A DNA stretch of 64,000 bases from Eledone cirrhosa. Lineage: Eukaryota. The stretch covers positions 104,842,001-104,906,000 of the forward strand of contig OZ024745.1 of NCBI GenBank assembly GCA_964016885.1. Reading direction: 5' to 3'. Position 1 is the stretch's first letter; every line of letters begins with the position of its first letter. Below, piece after piece: positions 53,366 to 64,000 of the stretch. Under the pieces are notes generated by a model. That model was not told where the DNA came from. It was given only the letters and a program-made list of their open reading frames with translations, and made no database searches. The position numbers were made by a program, and so were the translations under genes.

Positions 53366-53915
53366 TTGGCTGTGTACTGAAGAAGTTTGCTTTGCAATGA
53401 TTAGGTATCAGGTTCAATTCCATTGTGCAGCACCTTTCACAGGTGTCTTCTACTATAGCTTTGGGCTGACCAATGTCTTGTGAATGAATTTGATAGATGG
53501 AAACTTTAAGAAATCTCATCATGTGTGTGTGTGTGTGGTGGGGGCGGGAGTAAGTGTGTATGCACATGTGCATCTGTGTATTTGTTTGTCTCCTCTCTTT
53601 TTGCATTTAGCATTGCAAACTGTGATATTTGTTTTCATTCCATGTAAACAAAGATCCTGCTGCTTAGCAGTTAGACATGTGAACATTTGTATCTTACTTT
53701 AAAAAAAAACAATTGAGGGTTAACATCAAGAATGCCACCCAACTGTAGGATACTGTCTGAAAAAAATCTTGTCCAGCCCATGCCAGCATAGAAAAATGAA
53801 TGTTAAATTGATGATGATGGTTAAGTTGGGTAATGTGCATAAATTTGTTTGCTCCACTTTGTAAACTTGAGTGGTTAGCAGTTTTTTGTTTAGCCTCCAG
53901 GGTGGACCTGATTAA

Positions 53916-54125
53916 CCCTTTAGCATTTAAACCAGCCAAATTCAGCCAGAATTCTCTCACCGCTTTCTGTTTAAACCAGCTGTAACCAGCCACTCATACT
54001 GATGTTTTCAAAATAAATAATATCAAAATATCATAGATTCGATATTATGTGAGATAATTATGTGAGATAAAGCCTTTACCATGAAAATATAATAGTAAAT
54101 ATAGAGTAATGTAAATGCTAAAGGG
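53916..54125. mobile_element. piggyBac-like MITE with TTAA TSD
   Basis: TTAA-ccctttagcattta...taaatgctaaaggg-TTAA (14-bp perfect TIR). Confidence 0.85.
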
Positions 54126-54389
54126 TTAAGCAGACATTATCAAAGGTGTTCAAACTGTGATCCTCGTTTTAAAGCATTTTCTATCCAGAAATATGTTACT
54201 ATGGATAACATGTATCCTCATCTTCTTTTTAAGACAGTAAGGTGTGTTGTGTTTCTGAAGAAGGTTTGGCTGCTATTTCTAACAGTAGGAGTAACTCTTC
54301 AGAGGTTCCTTCACTGTAAAGTTTGTATGGAATTGATATATAAGAGATCATGTTAAGCCCAATCCTCCAGCCTATTGTTTCTAAACTGA

Positions 54390-54705
54390 AATAATAATAA
54401 TAATAATAATAATGAAAATATTGTGTAGAGTGTTCAGGTGCACTACAACTCATCAAAAGTGTATGTATAGTACATAGGGTAATGTACAAACGTCAGGAAA
54501 ATGAACAGAGCATGAGTCATGATATACACCTGTGCATGTGTATGGAAGGGGGACATCAGATGTAGTTTTGGCGAATTTCGGGAAGCATGAGGGTTTTAAA
54601 GGATGCACTGTCTCGGCAGCTAACAACTGACGCAGGCAGTTTGTTCCATGCTTCAGCAACTCTAAGCGTGAAAAAATGTTTCCGAAAGTCATGGGAGCTG
54701 TGTTA
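54390..54705 (-). mobile_element. CR1-clade LINE 3' end
   Basis: Minus strand translates RKHFFTLRVAEAWNKLPASVVSCRDSASFK (RxxFFxxRVxxxWNxLP motif); (TTA)n tail. Confidence 0.8.
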
Positions 54706-55825
54706 TCAAAGAACATTGGGCTATTCTTAATAACAACATTAACATTTTCATAACAGAGATGAGATGGATCCTTTGTTAGTTTCTTCAATAAATATTCTGT
54801 TGTTCAATCTACTGAATATACTACTAGCTGTGTATTCCACAGACACGTGTACCCATAACGTAATTTCTAGGCTGAATCAGCATAACACAATATTTGATAA
54901 GGCTATACTTTTAAATTATAGGTATAATCTATCTGATGAGTTTCCCCACAACTTTTGTTTATCCAGTTTCAATCATAGAGCTTTGGTTAACCGAAGCCTA
55001 TGGTAAAAGATACCTGCTCAAAATACCACATAGTGGGAGTGCACCTAGGATCTCAATATTGTGAAGTGATATTCCTAACCAATCAGCTATACTGGAGAAT
55101 TAACTATAAACAACTAAGAACTCAAGGGAGCTTCTATATGGATGCTCAACCTGCTAGAAATAGTAGCCAAATCTTCCTAAAAAAACACCCTATCATTTTA
55201 AAAAAGAATACATTAGATAATGTTATCTAAGGCATACTATGCTTGAAATCTGTTGCGATGCTTATGTTTAGAATCTTTTGATCATGGATCTGATCAATCA
55301 GAACTAAATACAACCACCACCATGAGCAACAACAACATTATCTGGTTTTTCAATAAATATTGATGTATGTCATCTTAATATATTTTAGTTCTTATTGGTT
55401 AATTATTCATTGTTTTACTGCTTTTGTGCACATTCAAACTCATAGATATCTTTTAGATAAATCATTCAAATTTAACGAACAATTGCAACTTAGATACTCA
55501 GTTGACATGTCATAAAAACATCCTACTCCAGCATTAACGAAGCCATGAATACTTAATGAGATTAACGCAGAAGTTAAATATTTGTGTTATCTGAAAGGTG
55601 ATGTGTAAAAAAAAGTGTTACTTAAAAATATATTCTAGCAGCATTTTATTTTAAAAAATGTACCAGGAACAATATTATGTATTTGAAATTTGATTAACTG
55701 GTCTCCTTTTTCTAATGTAATAAATGTCTGAGACTTATCACTTATTGAACACCAAAACTAGTCATTAGGTAATAATTTTAACTCAATTTCCTCTGTATCT
55801 GATTTGCGATATATTATTTCTAATA

Positions 55826-56016
55826 AAGGGCGGTGGATTGGCAGTATCGGTAGAGGGTCGGACGCCATGCTTTCCAGCATAGTTACGTCTCTTTACGATC
55901 TGAGTTCAAATCCCGCCGAGGTTGACTTTGCCTTTCATCCTTACGGGGTCGATAAAATAAAGTACCAGTAATGCACTGGGTAATTGCTGGCCTTGTGCCT
56001 AAAGTAGAAACAATTA
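55826..56016 (+). mobile_element. Full-length young SINE with 13-bp TSD
   Basis: attatttctaata at 55813-55825 and 56013-56025. Confidence 0.92.
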
Positions 56017-56680
56017 TTTCTAATATTTGGGGAAGCTATTTGATATGCAAACTAGAATACATTTGAAAATCATTTTGTTACCATATTCCTAATGAAAATA
56101 ATATAGCATTTGAAGGGATTTAGTGAACTAACTTTCTCATTATTTAGTTGGTGTTTGTTATGTTTTCGGGGATATTGCAGTTTTTATTGTTGTTTAGTTA
56201 TAGGTTACCTTCTGAATGAGAAACCCTATGATGAGAGACATCGCAGATGTAGCCATCTTATCTTTTCTAGGGAAAATTTTCATGCATTTGGAAGGATTTA
56301 GCGTTATAATTAATTTTATCATTATTAAGATAGTGTTTCATTTCTCTTTCATCATCTTTTTCCCCTGCTGCTCCCACCTTCGAACGCCACTATAACCACA
56401 TAGACCAATCAAAACACTGCATATAAATAAATATTGAGTTAAAATGATGTAACTGTTAACTCAATATTTATTGCAATAACCACTACTACTTCTAATACAG
56501 TTGTTATGGTCTTCATGTTGTTCTGTATGGTAATTGCAATACAAAGTTGGAGTATTCTTAATGATGAATATGAACCCATCATCCATCTCTGGACAACCAC
56601 GCAAACGCTTTTCTTTATTTCAGACATGGAAAACCAACACGAGCTCTTCTCTCACTCCTCCTACCAAGTTTCCATCTTCT

Positions 56681-57370
56681 GTAGATAACTATAGAAGCAT
56701 TAAGTTGGTTAACCAGGTTATGAAGGTCACAGACAAAGTTATACCACAGCTGATTAGGAATTGAGTTAACTTAGATGAGATACAGTTTGGATTTGTGGCA
56801 GGTAAAAGTACCACAGATGCCCTCTTCCTTGTGAGGCAACAGAAGGAGATCTACCTAGCTAAAAGTAAACTCTTCTACTTGGCATTTGTTGACCTGGAGA
56901 AAGCTTTTGACAAAGACTCCACTCCATTATCTGGTGGGCTCTTAGAACTAGGTGTAGACAAATGGCTTGTAAGGACAGTATAAGCCAGTTCACACTGTAA
57001 CATGGTTGTTTTGGTTCCACTACAAAAAGTGGCCAGTTCACACTGTAAAGTGATTGTGTAGGTGTCAAGACAAAAATCACCCAGCCCACACTAAAGTGGT
57101 CGTGTTGGTGACATGAAAAAAGTGCCTAGCCCACACTGTAAAGTGGTCTCATAGGTGTCATGACAATAAGCATTCAGTAGACACTGTAAATGTGGTTGGC
57201 ATTTGGAAAGGCATCCAGCCATAGAAACGAAGACAAATTCAGTTCTGTATGAGCAAGACACAGTCATCTGACCTGGCTTGTCTCACAGCAGGACATCTCA
57301 TTTAACCCATGCTAGCATGGAAAATAGATGTTAAACGATAATGATGATGATGATGATGATGATGATGATG
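56681..57370 (+). mobile_element. Internally deleted RTE: early RT fragment fused to an expanded 3' UTR
   Basis: NYRSIKLVNQVMKV...AFVDLEKAFD...LGVDKWLVRTV, followed directly by repeated cag.ccacactgtaaagtgg units and a (GAT)n tail. Confidence 0.82.
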
Positions 57371-57773
57371 TTTGGAACCTAACTTACATGAAATTATGTT
57401 GGAAAGTTTCTCGATAAATACAATCACTTTAAAATAAACAGCTTTGTATCATAGAATTAGGTGCATTTTCAGACAATTTGTTATCAAATCTATAACCAAA
57501 ATATATTATGCTAACGTCTTTCTTTTGGCTAGTTGGGAATTTGGAAGATAAATGTATTAGAATTCAAGATATATCATTATTGAAAAATTCAATCTCTGAA
57601 CAGGAATGAATGCAAAATCTGGTTGTGTAAAATAGTATATTATACATCTATATATATATATATTATTATTAGAAATGTAAGCCATCGCTGTATTTTGACT
57701 AAAGAAATTAAAGAAATTATTTAGCCTGATAGTGGGGTTCAGAACCCTCGGAGAAATGGAAAAAGATGAGTAT

Positions 57774-57844
57774 TGACGTACATGGGAGTCGAACCCACAT
57801 CTTTGGTTATCCGGACCACTGTGCTACCATTTACACCAACACAT

Positions 57845-57845
<1 letters not shown>
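57774..57845 (-). pseudogene. tRNA-like cloverleaf (GGA at the anticodon position, short variable loop) followed by T5
   Basis: GATGTGT TG GTGT AAATGGTA GCAC A GTGGT CCGGATA ACCAA AGAT GTGGG TTCGACT CCCAT GTACGTC A; TTTTT about 9 nt downstream. Confidence 0.65.
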
Positions 57846-57930
<85 letters not shown>

Positions 57931-57941
57931 GTGTGTGTGTG

Positions 57942-57970
<29 letters not shown>

Positions 57971-57979
<9 letters not shown>

Positions 57980-58265
57980 TAAACGGAATAGAAAATGCTG
58001 ACAAATTGTTCACAGTTGAAAAATGGTTTAATTAGGAATAAAAGAGTATTAGTGATTGTATGGGTTAGTATTCAGTTGTGGTTTTAAGTTTTAAAGTTTT
58101 TACCGGTTGCGCATTTCTAAATGCTTTTCAAAAATAATTTTGAGATAGAGTGTCCGTGTTGTTTGCTCTGATCAGAGCAAACAACTAATACTCTTTTATT
58201 CCTAATTAAACCATTTTTCAACTGTGAACAATTTGTCAGCATTTTCTATTCCGTTTACCAATATA
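57971..58265. mobile_element. Fold-back element: perfect ~82-bp inverted arms around a spacer holding an HHR-like motif and a 28-bp palindrome
   Basis: 57971-58053 / 58184-58265 are reverse complements; gttgtttgctctgatcagagcaaacaac at 58158-58185. Confidence 0.85.
58097..58134 (-). ncRNA. Degenerate minimal hammerhead motif (U3-A8 core; GAAA replaced by GCAA)
   Basis: Minus strand: ttt TTGAAAA gcattt ag aaatgc GCAA ccgg TA aaaa. Confidence 0.55.
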
Positions 58266-58296
58266 TAATAACTTGTGTGTTACACCTCTATTCTTT

Positions 58297-58366
<70 letters not shown>

Positions 58367-58743
58367 ATCATTATACACAAGCACCTTTGAACATTAAACT
58401 TTCGGTTAAATAAATGTGATTTATACACAGAAAACTATGCTAATATAAATCTGCGTCCATGCCCCAATGTTATTGTTATAAATTCCAGTTTGAGATAGAA
58501 ACCATATCATTATTGCATATTGAAACTTGGGTAGGCTACGTTAAAGATTAGATACTCTACTGGGTAGGCTATGTTAAAGATTAGATACTCTACTGACAGA
58601 AATTGCTTTTTATTAACAGAGTGCTCTATATGATTTCTAAAACTTTATCTCTAAATAAAACAGTTGTATCATTTTTAATATGATCATGGAATTTACTTAG
58701 TGATTCCCTTATCACTCCTTTAGCAAATAACATGAAGCCTATG

Positions 58744-58785
58744 CTTTGCTGACGAGGTCATAATAAGACCAAAATATATCTAGAG
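58744..58785 (+). ncRNA. Degenerate minimal hammerhead motif (G12A)
   Basis: ctttg CTGACGA ggtc ataataa gacc AAAA tata TC tagag. Confidence 0.6.
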
Positions 58786-58900
58786 TTGTCTCCTATACTT
58801 GAAAAATAATCTAAACTATAATAAAGGAAGGTCTGCGGGACTGCGTAGGGTTTATTTTTTTTATCCTGTTAGTAAAATAAGTTGGATTACTTTGAATAGA

Positions 58901-59086
58901 TAATTGTTTCTACTTTTGGTACAAGGCCAGCAATTACCCAGTGCATTACTGGTACTTTATTTTATCGACCCCGTAAGGATGAAAGGCAAAGTTAACCTCG
59001 GCGAGATTTGAACTCAGAATGGCAAGGGCCGTAACTCTATGTGTCAAAGCATGGCGTCCGACCCTCTACCAATACTGCCAATCCAA
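58901..59086 (-). mobile_element. tRNA-derived SINE
   Basis: Same family as 30147-30335. Confidence 0.88.
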
Positions 59087-59821
59087 TGAATGAATATTAC
59101 ATAATTTATCTACTAAATTTCGTAAACAAAAATAATTTCGTAAAAATAAATAATTTAAAATTGACTTCTTTTCAAAGTTGCACTTCCGGTATATCATTGC
59201 CACCACCACCACCACCACCACCACTTCAACTACCATATATATAGAAAGAGAGAGTGTGTGATGTCAACACTTCTGGTGGCGATCACTTAAATAAACATAC
59301 TAATTATCTGTCACTAATTTTCTCCTAATGCAGTTTATATATAATATTGTCTTTTTTAAATGTATCATGGATTACTTTACTGATTACATAAGACAGTGTA
59401 ACAACGTCTTTGTTCAATTTCTGTTTATATTGTCAATTACGATTTTATTTGATGTATCATATCTACATGTATATATACTTGCGTATAATATCAATATACA
59501 CACTACACATGCTAGCAGAAAACCACCCGAAGGGTGGTTTTTCTACTAGTTAAAGTAATATAAGATATTGATTAATACTGTATTTCTTTTTTTTTTTTTC
59601 ACGGCATATTTATTTCTAGTTATTTTTCTTACACTTCCTGCATTAAATGTTAACACTAAATTAAATATTATTTCAAACTGATGGCAACTAAGAGCTATCT
59701 ATTCTCTTAACTACCCTATGTTTCTACACAAACTAGTGTATAGCCTTGTACATTTACCTAGTGCTTCTCTGATCAATACTTTGGGAATTACAGCGAAGTT
59801 TATATTTTGCTGATGGGGTAA

Positions 59822-59942
59822 TAATTGTTTCTGCTTTTGGCACAAGGCCAGCAATCATTCCAGTGTATTACTGGTACTTTATTTTATTGACCCCCGTAAG
59901 GATGAAAGGCAAAGTTAACCTTGGCGGGATTTGAACTCAGAA
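59822..59942 (-). mobile_element. 5'-truncated tRNA-derived SINE
   Basis: taattgtttct...ggcgggatttgaactcag. Confidence 0.82.
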
Positions 59943-59987
59943 GACCAAAACTAGCCTGGGTTTGACTCCCTTACATACTAGAGAAAT

Positions 59988-60176
59988 TAATTGTTTCTAC
60001 TTTTGGCACAGGGCCAGCAATTATCCAGTACATTACTGGTACTTTATTTTATTGACCCCGTAAGGATGAAAGGCAAAGTCAACCTCGGCGGGATTTGAAC
60101 TCAGATCGTAGGCCGGAGACGTAACTATGCTGGAAAGCATGGCGTCCGACCCTCTACCGATACTGCCAATCCACCG
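59988..60176 (-). mobile_element. Young SINE with 13-bp TSD
   Basis: tagagaaattaat at 59979-59991 and 60177-60189. Confidence 0.9.
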
Positions 60177-61011
60177 TAGAGAAATTAATACAAGCTGGAG
60201 ACATAACATTAGTCATAGATTAAATATTATTCATTTCCTTCATGCTGGAGAAATTAATGCTTACTGGAGACATAATATTAATCAGAGCTCAAATATTATT
60301 CATTTCCTTATCACATTTACCTATCCTTACTTATCTTTAATGCTACCCACTTTAAATATGTTATATTTTGAATTTGGTGCTAAACTTCAGCTATATCATA
60401 AGACTTATAATCAGATTTCCCACCAGTAAGTTGTTTGTCATTGATAATACAGTAAATATTTACATTTACTTTCATTAGGTTACTTATTAAAGTGCTATTA
60501 GTCTTGGTGTATTCAATAAACCTTTAGAGGTTTGAAAAGTTTACTAACTAGCTACATGTTATAAAGATTACTCAAAGATAATTTGTTCCTAGACTTACTT
60601 CACTGCATAAATTTCAGAGAAAATCAAAATGAGATGGCGAAGGAGGAAAAAAAATAAAACCGCCATAGAGAATGTAAAAATCAAATAAAAGTCAAATAGA
60701 AACTAGAAAAATAAAACACTGACATAAAGATGGCTGAGAGGTAATATATCTATATAGTAAGTGGGAATCTGACAAGCTGCTGTCACAAACATTTTGAACT
60801 AGCGCTGCTGTTGGTCCTTCATTATTAATTCAGGTGTATGATTGCTGCTTTGGAAAATTAAATTGCCAATCAGCTATAGTAACTTTATGAGCTTCTGTGT
60901 ATAAACATCATGTACGGACTTGCATTAATCTTTCACATGCTTGCTACTTCTTGGTCTGTATTAGCAAGTATAATAAAGCTTATATTATAGGCATGCAGTT
61001 TATTATTTTTG

Positions 61012-61050
61012 TATATATATATACACACACACATATATATATCTATATAT

Positions 61051-61083
<33 letters not shown>

Positions 61084-61137
61084 CATACACATAAATATAC
61101 ACTCACACATACATATATATATACACACTCATACATA

Positions 61138-61177
<40 letters not shown>

Positions 61178-61248
61178 CACACACATACATATATATATAT
61201 ATATACACACACACACATATATATCTACACACACACACATATATATCT

Positions 61249-61283
<35 letters not shown>
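61012..61283. repeat. Compound (TA)/(CA) microsatellite
   Basis: Direct reading. Confidence 0.95.
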
Positions 61284-61284
<1 letters not shown>

Positions 61285-61428
61285 TATTATTAGTACAGAT
61301 TAAAATTTAAGAAAAGAATCGCTGCTTTCACTCTATTACGGGATTTTCTGAAACTTCTGTTTCAGAAGATCCCGTAATAGGGTGAAAGTAGTGTTTCTTT
61401 GCTTAAACTTTAATCTGTACTAATAATA
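61285..61428. mobile_element. 144-bp palindrome (4-nt spacer) made of two back-to-back CAGAAGA-type hammerheads
   Basis: Centre ctgaaac-ttct-gtttcag. Right arm 61359-61408: gttt CAGAAGA tccc gtaata gggt GAAA gtag tgtttct ttgc TT aaac. Left arm 61305-61354 (-) is a more decayed copy. Confidence 0.8.
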
Positions 61429-61599
61429 AATATTTTCTCTATGGGTTTATATATATATATATATATATATGGTGGGTAATAATAAATATTACCAGTTACA
61501 TGTATGAAAATAACTCGATGCAAAATAACAAGTACAATACAGAGCCAAAATACAATGTAAATGACAATCAAAGAATGTTTAAACTTTCAAACATTTAAT

Positions 61600-61646
61600 C
61601 ACTGATGATCATTTCATTCTAGTACAAAGCTGGGTTCATCAGAGTA
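61600..61646 (-). ncRNA. Type I hammerhead motif (left arm)
   Basis: Minus strand: tact CTGATGA acccagc tttgt actagaat GAAA tgatca TC agtg. Confidence 0.65.
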
Positions 61647-62130
61647 GATAACAAAAGTCAAACACAAATATAATATCAAAACTTTGTCACAAGAACATTA
61701 GTAGGATACATAATATGGGAGGTTAGATAAGTGTAAGCATCAAAATTTATAGAAGGTAATTGAGGTGGAAATAGCATGAAAAATAGGAGCAGATAAATGC
61801 AATAAAAAAAAAATTAAAAAACATGCTGTTACAGATAAATTAAGTAGAGTAAAAATCATATATCATAAATTGTTAAGAAAGTTAATAAGAGAGTTAATAA
61901 GAGAAAGCATGCATTTCAAATATAAATTTTAAAATATATTTTTAAAAGTATAGTGAAAAAATATATTAGTTTAGATGCACGTGTAGCATAGCTAGGGATT
62001 ACAGACAGGTGCAAGACTATAAGATCGACTACATAATTCAGTCATAGTAATTAACCTCCCATATCATGTATCATCCTAATGTTCTTGTGACAAAGTTTTG
62101 ATCTTATATTTGTATTTGACTTTTGTTATC

Positions 62131-62177
62131 AATTCTGATGATTCCAGCCCTGTGCTAGGATGAAACAATTGTCAGAG
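62131..62177 (+). ncRNA. Type I hammerhead motif (right arm)
   Basis: aatt CTGATGA ttccagc cctgt gctaggat GAAA caattg TC agag. Confidence 0.7.
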
Positions 62178-62333
62178 ATTAAATGTTGGAAAGTTTAAAC
62201 ATTCTTTGATTGTCAATTACATATATATATATATATATAGGTGATTCAGGGAATTACTGGTGGTGGCAGCAATATGAGCACTTAGTGCATAGGCAGTCTG
62301 TATATAAGAAATAAACAATGAGGGTGTGTTTCC

Positions 62334-62598
62334 ATGTATTGGTATTTTTATTGAGTATTGACCTGTTACACACATTTCACAGTTGATTGACTCAAGGTCA
62401 TCTATGTAAGTTATGGACCTGATTCCTGTATTGATCTGCTCATCAGACTGGTGAATGAACAAAAGATTTTATTTTTTGTTGAATCAATAGTCTGATGAAC
62501 AGATTGATTCTGGTATTGTGTCCATAGTTTCCATAGGAGACCGTGTGCCAATCATCACAAAACACACGTAACACACTCAATAAAAATATAAATACATG
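62334..62598. mobile_element. Old degenerate fold-back element with decayed outward-facing HHRs (62362-62451 -, 62488-62573 +)
   Basis: atctgctcatcagact / agtctgatgaacagat arms. Left arm (-): CTGATGA gcag...ctgt GAAA tgtgtg TA acagg. Right arm: CTGATGA...AAAA cacacg TA ac. Confidence 0.6.
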
Positions 62599-62632
62599 TT
62601 AACAAAACTTCATTGTTCTTTCTTATATATAT

Positions 62633-63000
62633 ATCATCATCATCATCATTGTTTAACGTCCATTTTCCATGCTAGCATGGGTTAGATTGGTTGTCCCATT
62701 AGAGGCAAGATGGATCAGGTGATCATGTCTTGTTCATACAGAACTGTTTCTAAATAGCTTTCTACGGCTGGATGCCCCTCCTAACGCCAACTACATTTAC
62801 AGTGTGTGCTGGGTGCTTTTTGTTGTGACATTCACATGACCACCTTACAGTATGGGCTGGGTGCTTTTTGTCATGACACCTACACGACCACTTCACAGTG
62901 AGTGCTGGGTGAGTTTTGTCATAACACCCACATGACCACTTTAGAGTGTGGGCAGGAAGCTTTTGTTGTGATACTAACATAACTTTACAGTGTAAGGGTG
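62633..63000 (-). mobile_element. RTE 3' UTR with several ~42-bp tandem units
   Basis: (CAT)n tail; repeated tacagtg.g.gctgggtgctttt units. Confidence 0.85.
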
Positions 63001-63366
63001 GTGTGGGCAGAAGTGGATGGGTGAGGATATAGTGGTTAAGAGTTACTTGCTAGATATATATTTGAGTCTGTGCACATGGGAAGACTTACACATTGATGGA
63101 GCCTTCAGAGGAGGGAGTCCAAGGAAGACAAGGAATGAAGTTGTGAAGATTGATTTCAGGAAACTGAATCTCATGGAAGAGATGACACATGTTTTTTAAA
63201 ATTGTATCATCCTTTGACTGCAAAACTTCTAAACGTTTTACACCCTCTTCACTGGGTTCCTGACAGATTTATTAGGGCAACCTGTACATCATCGTCTAGC
63301 TTATCAGTACTGGCTGCACTGTCAGACATATTTTCATTATCATCTTTCTGTTCAGAATCATTATTA

Positions 63367-63425
63367 CAGTACCAGTAATGCACTGGGTAATTGCTGGCCT
63401 TGTGCCTAAAGTAGAAACAATTATT
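63367..63425 (+). mobile_element. Extreme 3' fragment of the young SINE
   Basis: agtaccagtaatgcactgggtaattgctggccttgtgcctaaagtagaaacaatta; attattac duplicated. Confidence 0.8.
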
Positions 63426-64000
63426 ACCCTAATTATCATTGTTTACTTTCCTCATCAGAATTTAATATCTAGGTTACTATCTGACCGGCAGTAACTTTCT
63501 CTAGGTCAATTTAGATCTACAAAAATTATAAACATTCACACAAACATTCTTTCCATGAATGTTTCCATGAAAGCTGTAGGTAATATGAAATCATTTGTAT
63601 ATATAATTGGTTGTGCAAAATATGGATGCTACATCAAGACTGGTCATTTTGTCACTCATGTTCAAAAGGTTAAATTTTGAAAGAAAGGATAAGAACCATA
63701 GCTGTTAGATTCTTAAGAAAGAAAAAAAAGCAGAAAAGAAAACCTGTCTGGTAATGTTCTTTTTGAGCTAAAAGCTATGTAATAATACAAACAAAGACAT
63801 AAACAACCAATACCAGCCAAGCAAAACAAAATATCTATGATCAGGGGAAATAGGATTTCAAGTAATATAGTTATAACACAGAACTTTATATAATTCATCA
63901 ATAAGTGAGCTGAGCATCAGAGTGGCAAAAGTGAGGATATTATAAATAAAAGTAAAAGTAGACATTTATAATCAATTAGTTATAATATGAAGGTGATAGT

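Larger units (their letters stand above)
61555..62222. mobile_element. Fold-back element: diverged ~170-bp inverted arms (~61555-61725 / ~62052-62222), one HHR per arm
   Basis: For example tcaaaactttgtcacaagaacattag / ctaatgttcttgtgacaaagttttga; the island is flanked by (TA)n. Confidence 0.85.

Noticed and set aside
56985-57200. CRISPR-like appearance of regularly spaced ~42-bp repeats (also 62795-62995)
   Set aside because: These are contiguous tandem units of the RTE 3' UTR with no unique spacers and no cas genes, in eukaryotic context.
57724-57757. ctgatag tggggttc a gaaccctc ggagaaa hairpin beside the tRNA-like gene
   Set aside because: Core and GAAA positions do not fit the hammerhead consensus.
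58528-58594. 33-bp tandem duplication
   Set aside because: An ordinary local slippage duplication with no further structure.

Overview
AT-rich, repeat-saturated eukaryotic (metazoan) genomic DNA. The repeat content suggests an octopod cephalopod, but this is an inference from the RTE-LINE and tRNA-SINE types and the very long (TA)n/(CA)n tracts. Only one convincing host coding exon is visible (33192-33303, + strand), so most of the window is probably intron or intergenic DNA. It holds one near-full-length but disrupted RTE LINE (7873-12090, -), many truncated RTE copies of at least two subfamilies, an Expander-like RTE, a CR1 3' end, a Penelope-like C-terminal fragment, about 15 tRNA-derived SINEs, and mariner, hAT and piggyBac-type relics or MITEs. 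The most striking signal is not in the ORF track. By eye I find about 21 type I hammerhead ribozyme (HHR) motifs in short, unrelated non-coding islands set in (TA)n tracts. They occur as solo motifs, as outward-facing pairs in fold-back palindromes, and as a 488-bp tandem repeat with one intact HHR per unit (retrozyme-like). Recurrent non-canonical features are a U10.1-U11.1 mismatch (11 motifs), a CAGANGA (U4A) core and a U3-A8 covariant core. Nearly all long ORFs in the track that translate to YI/HT/VC/LS/RE repeats are microsatellite artefacts.
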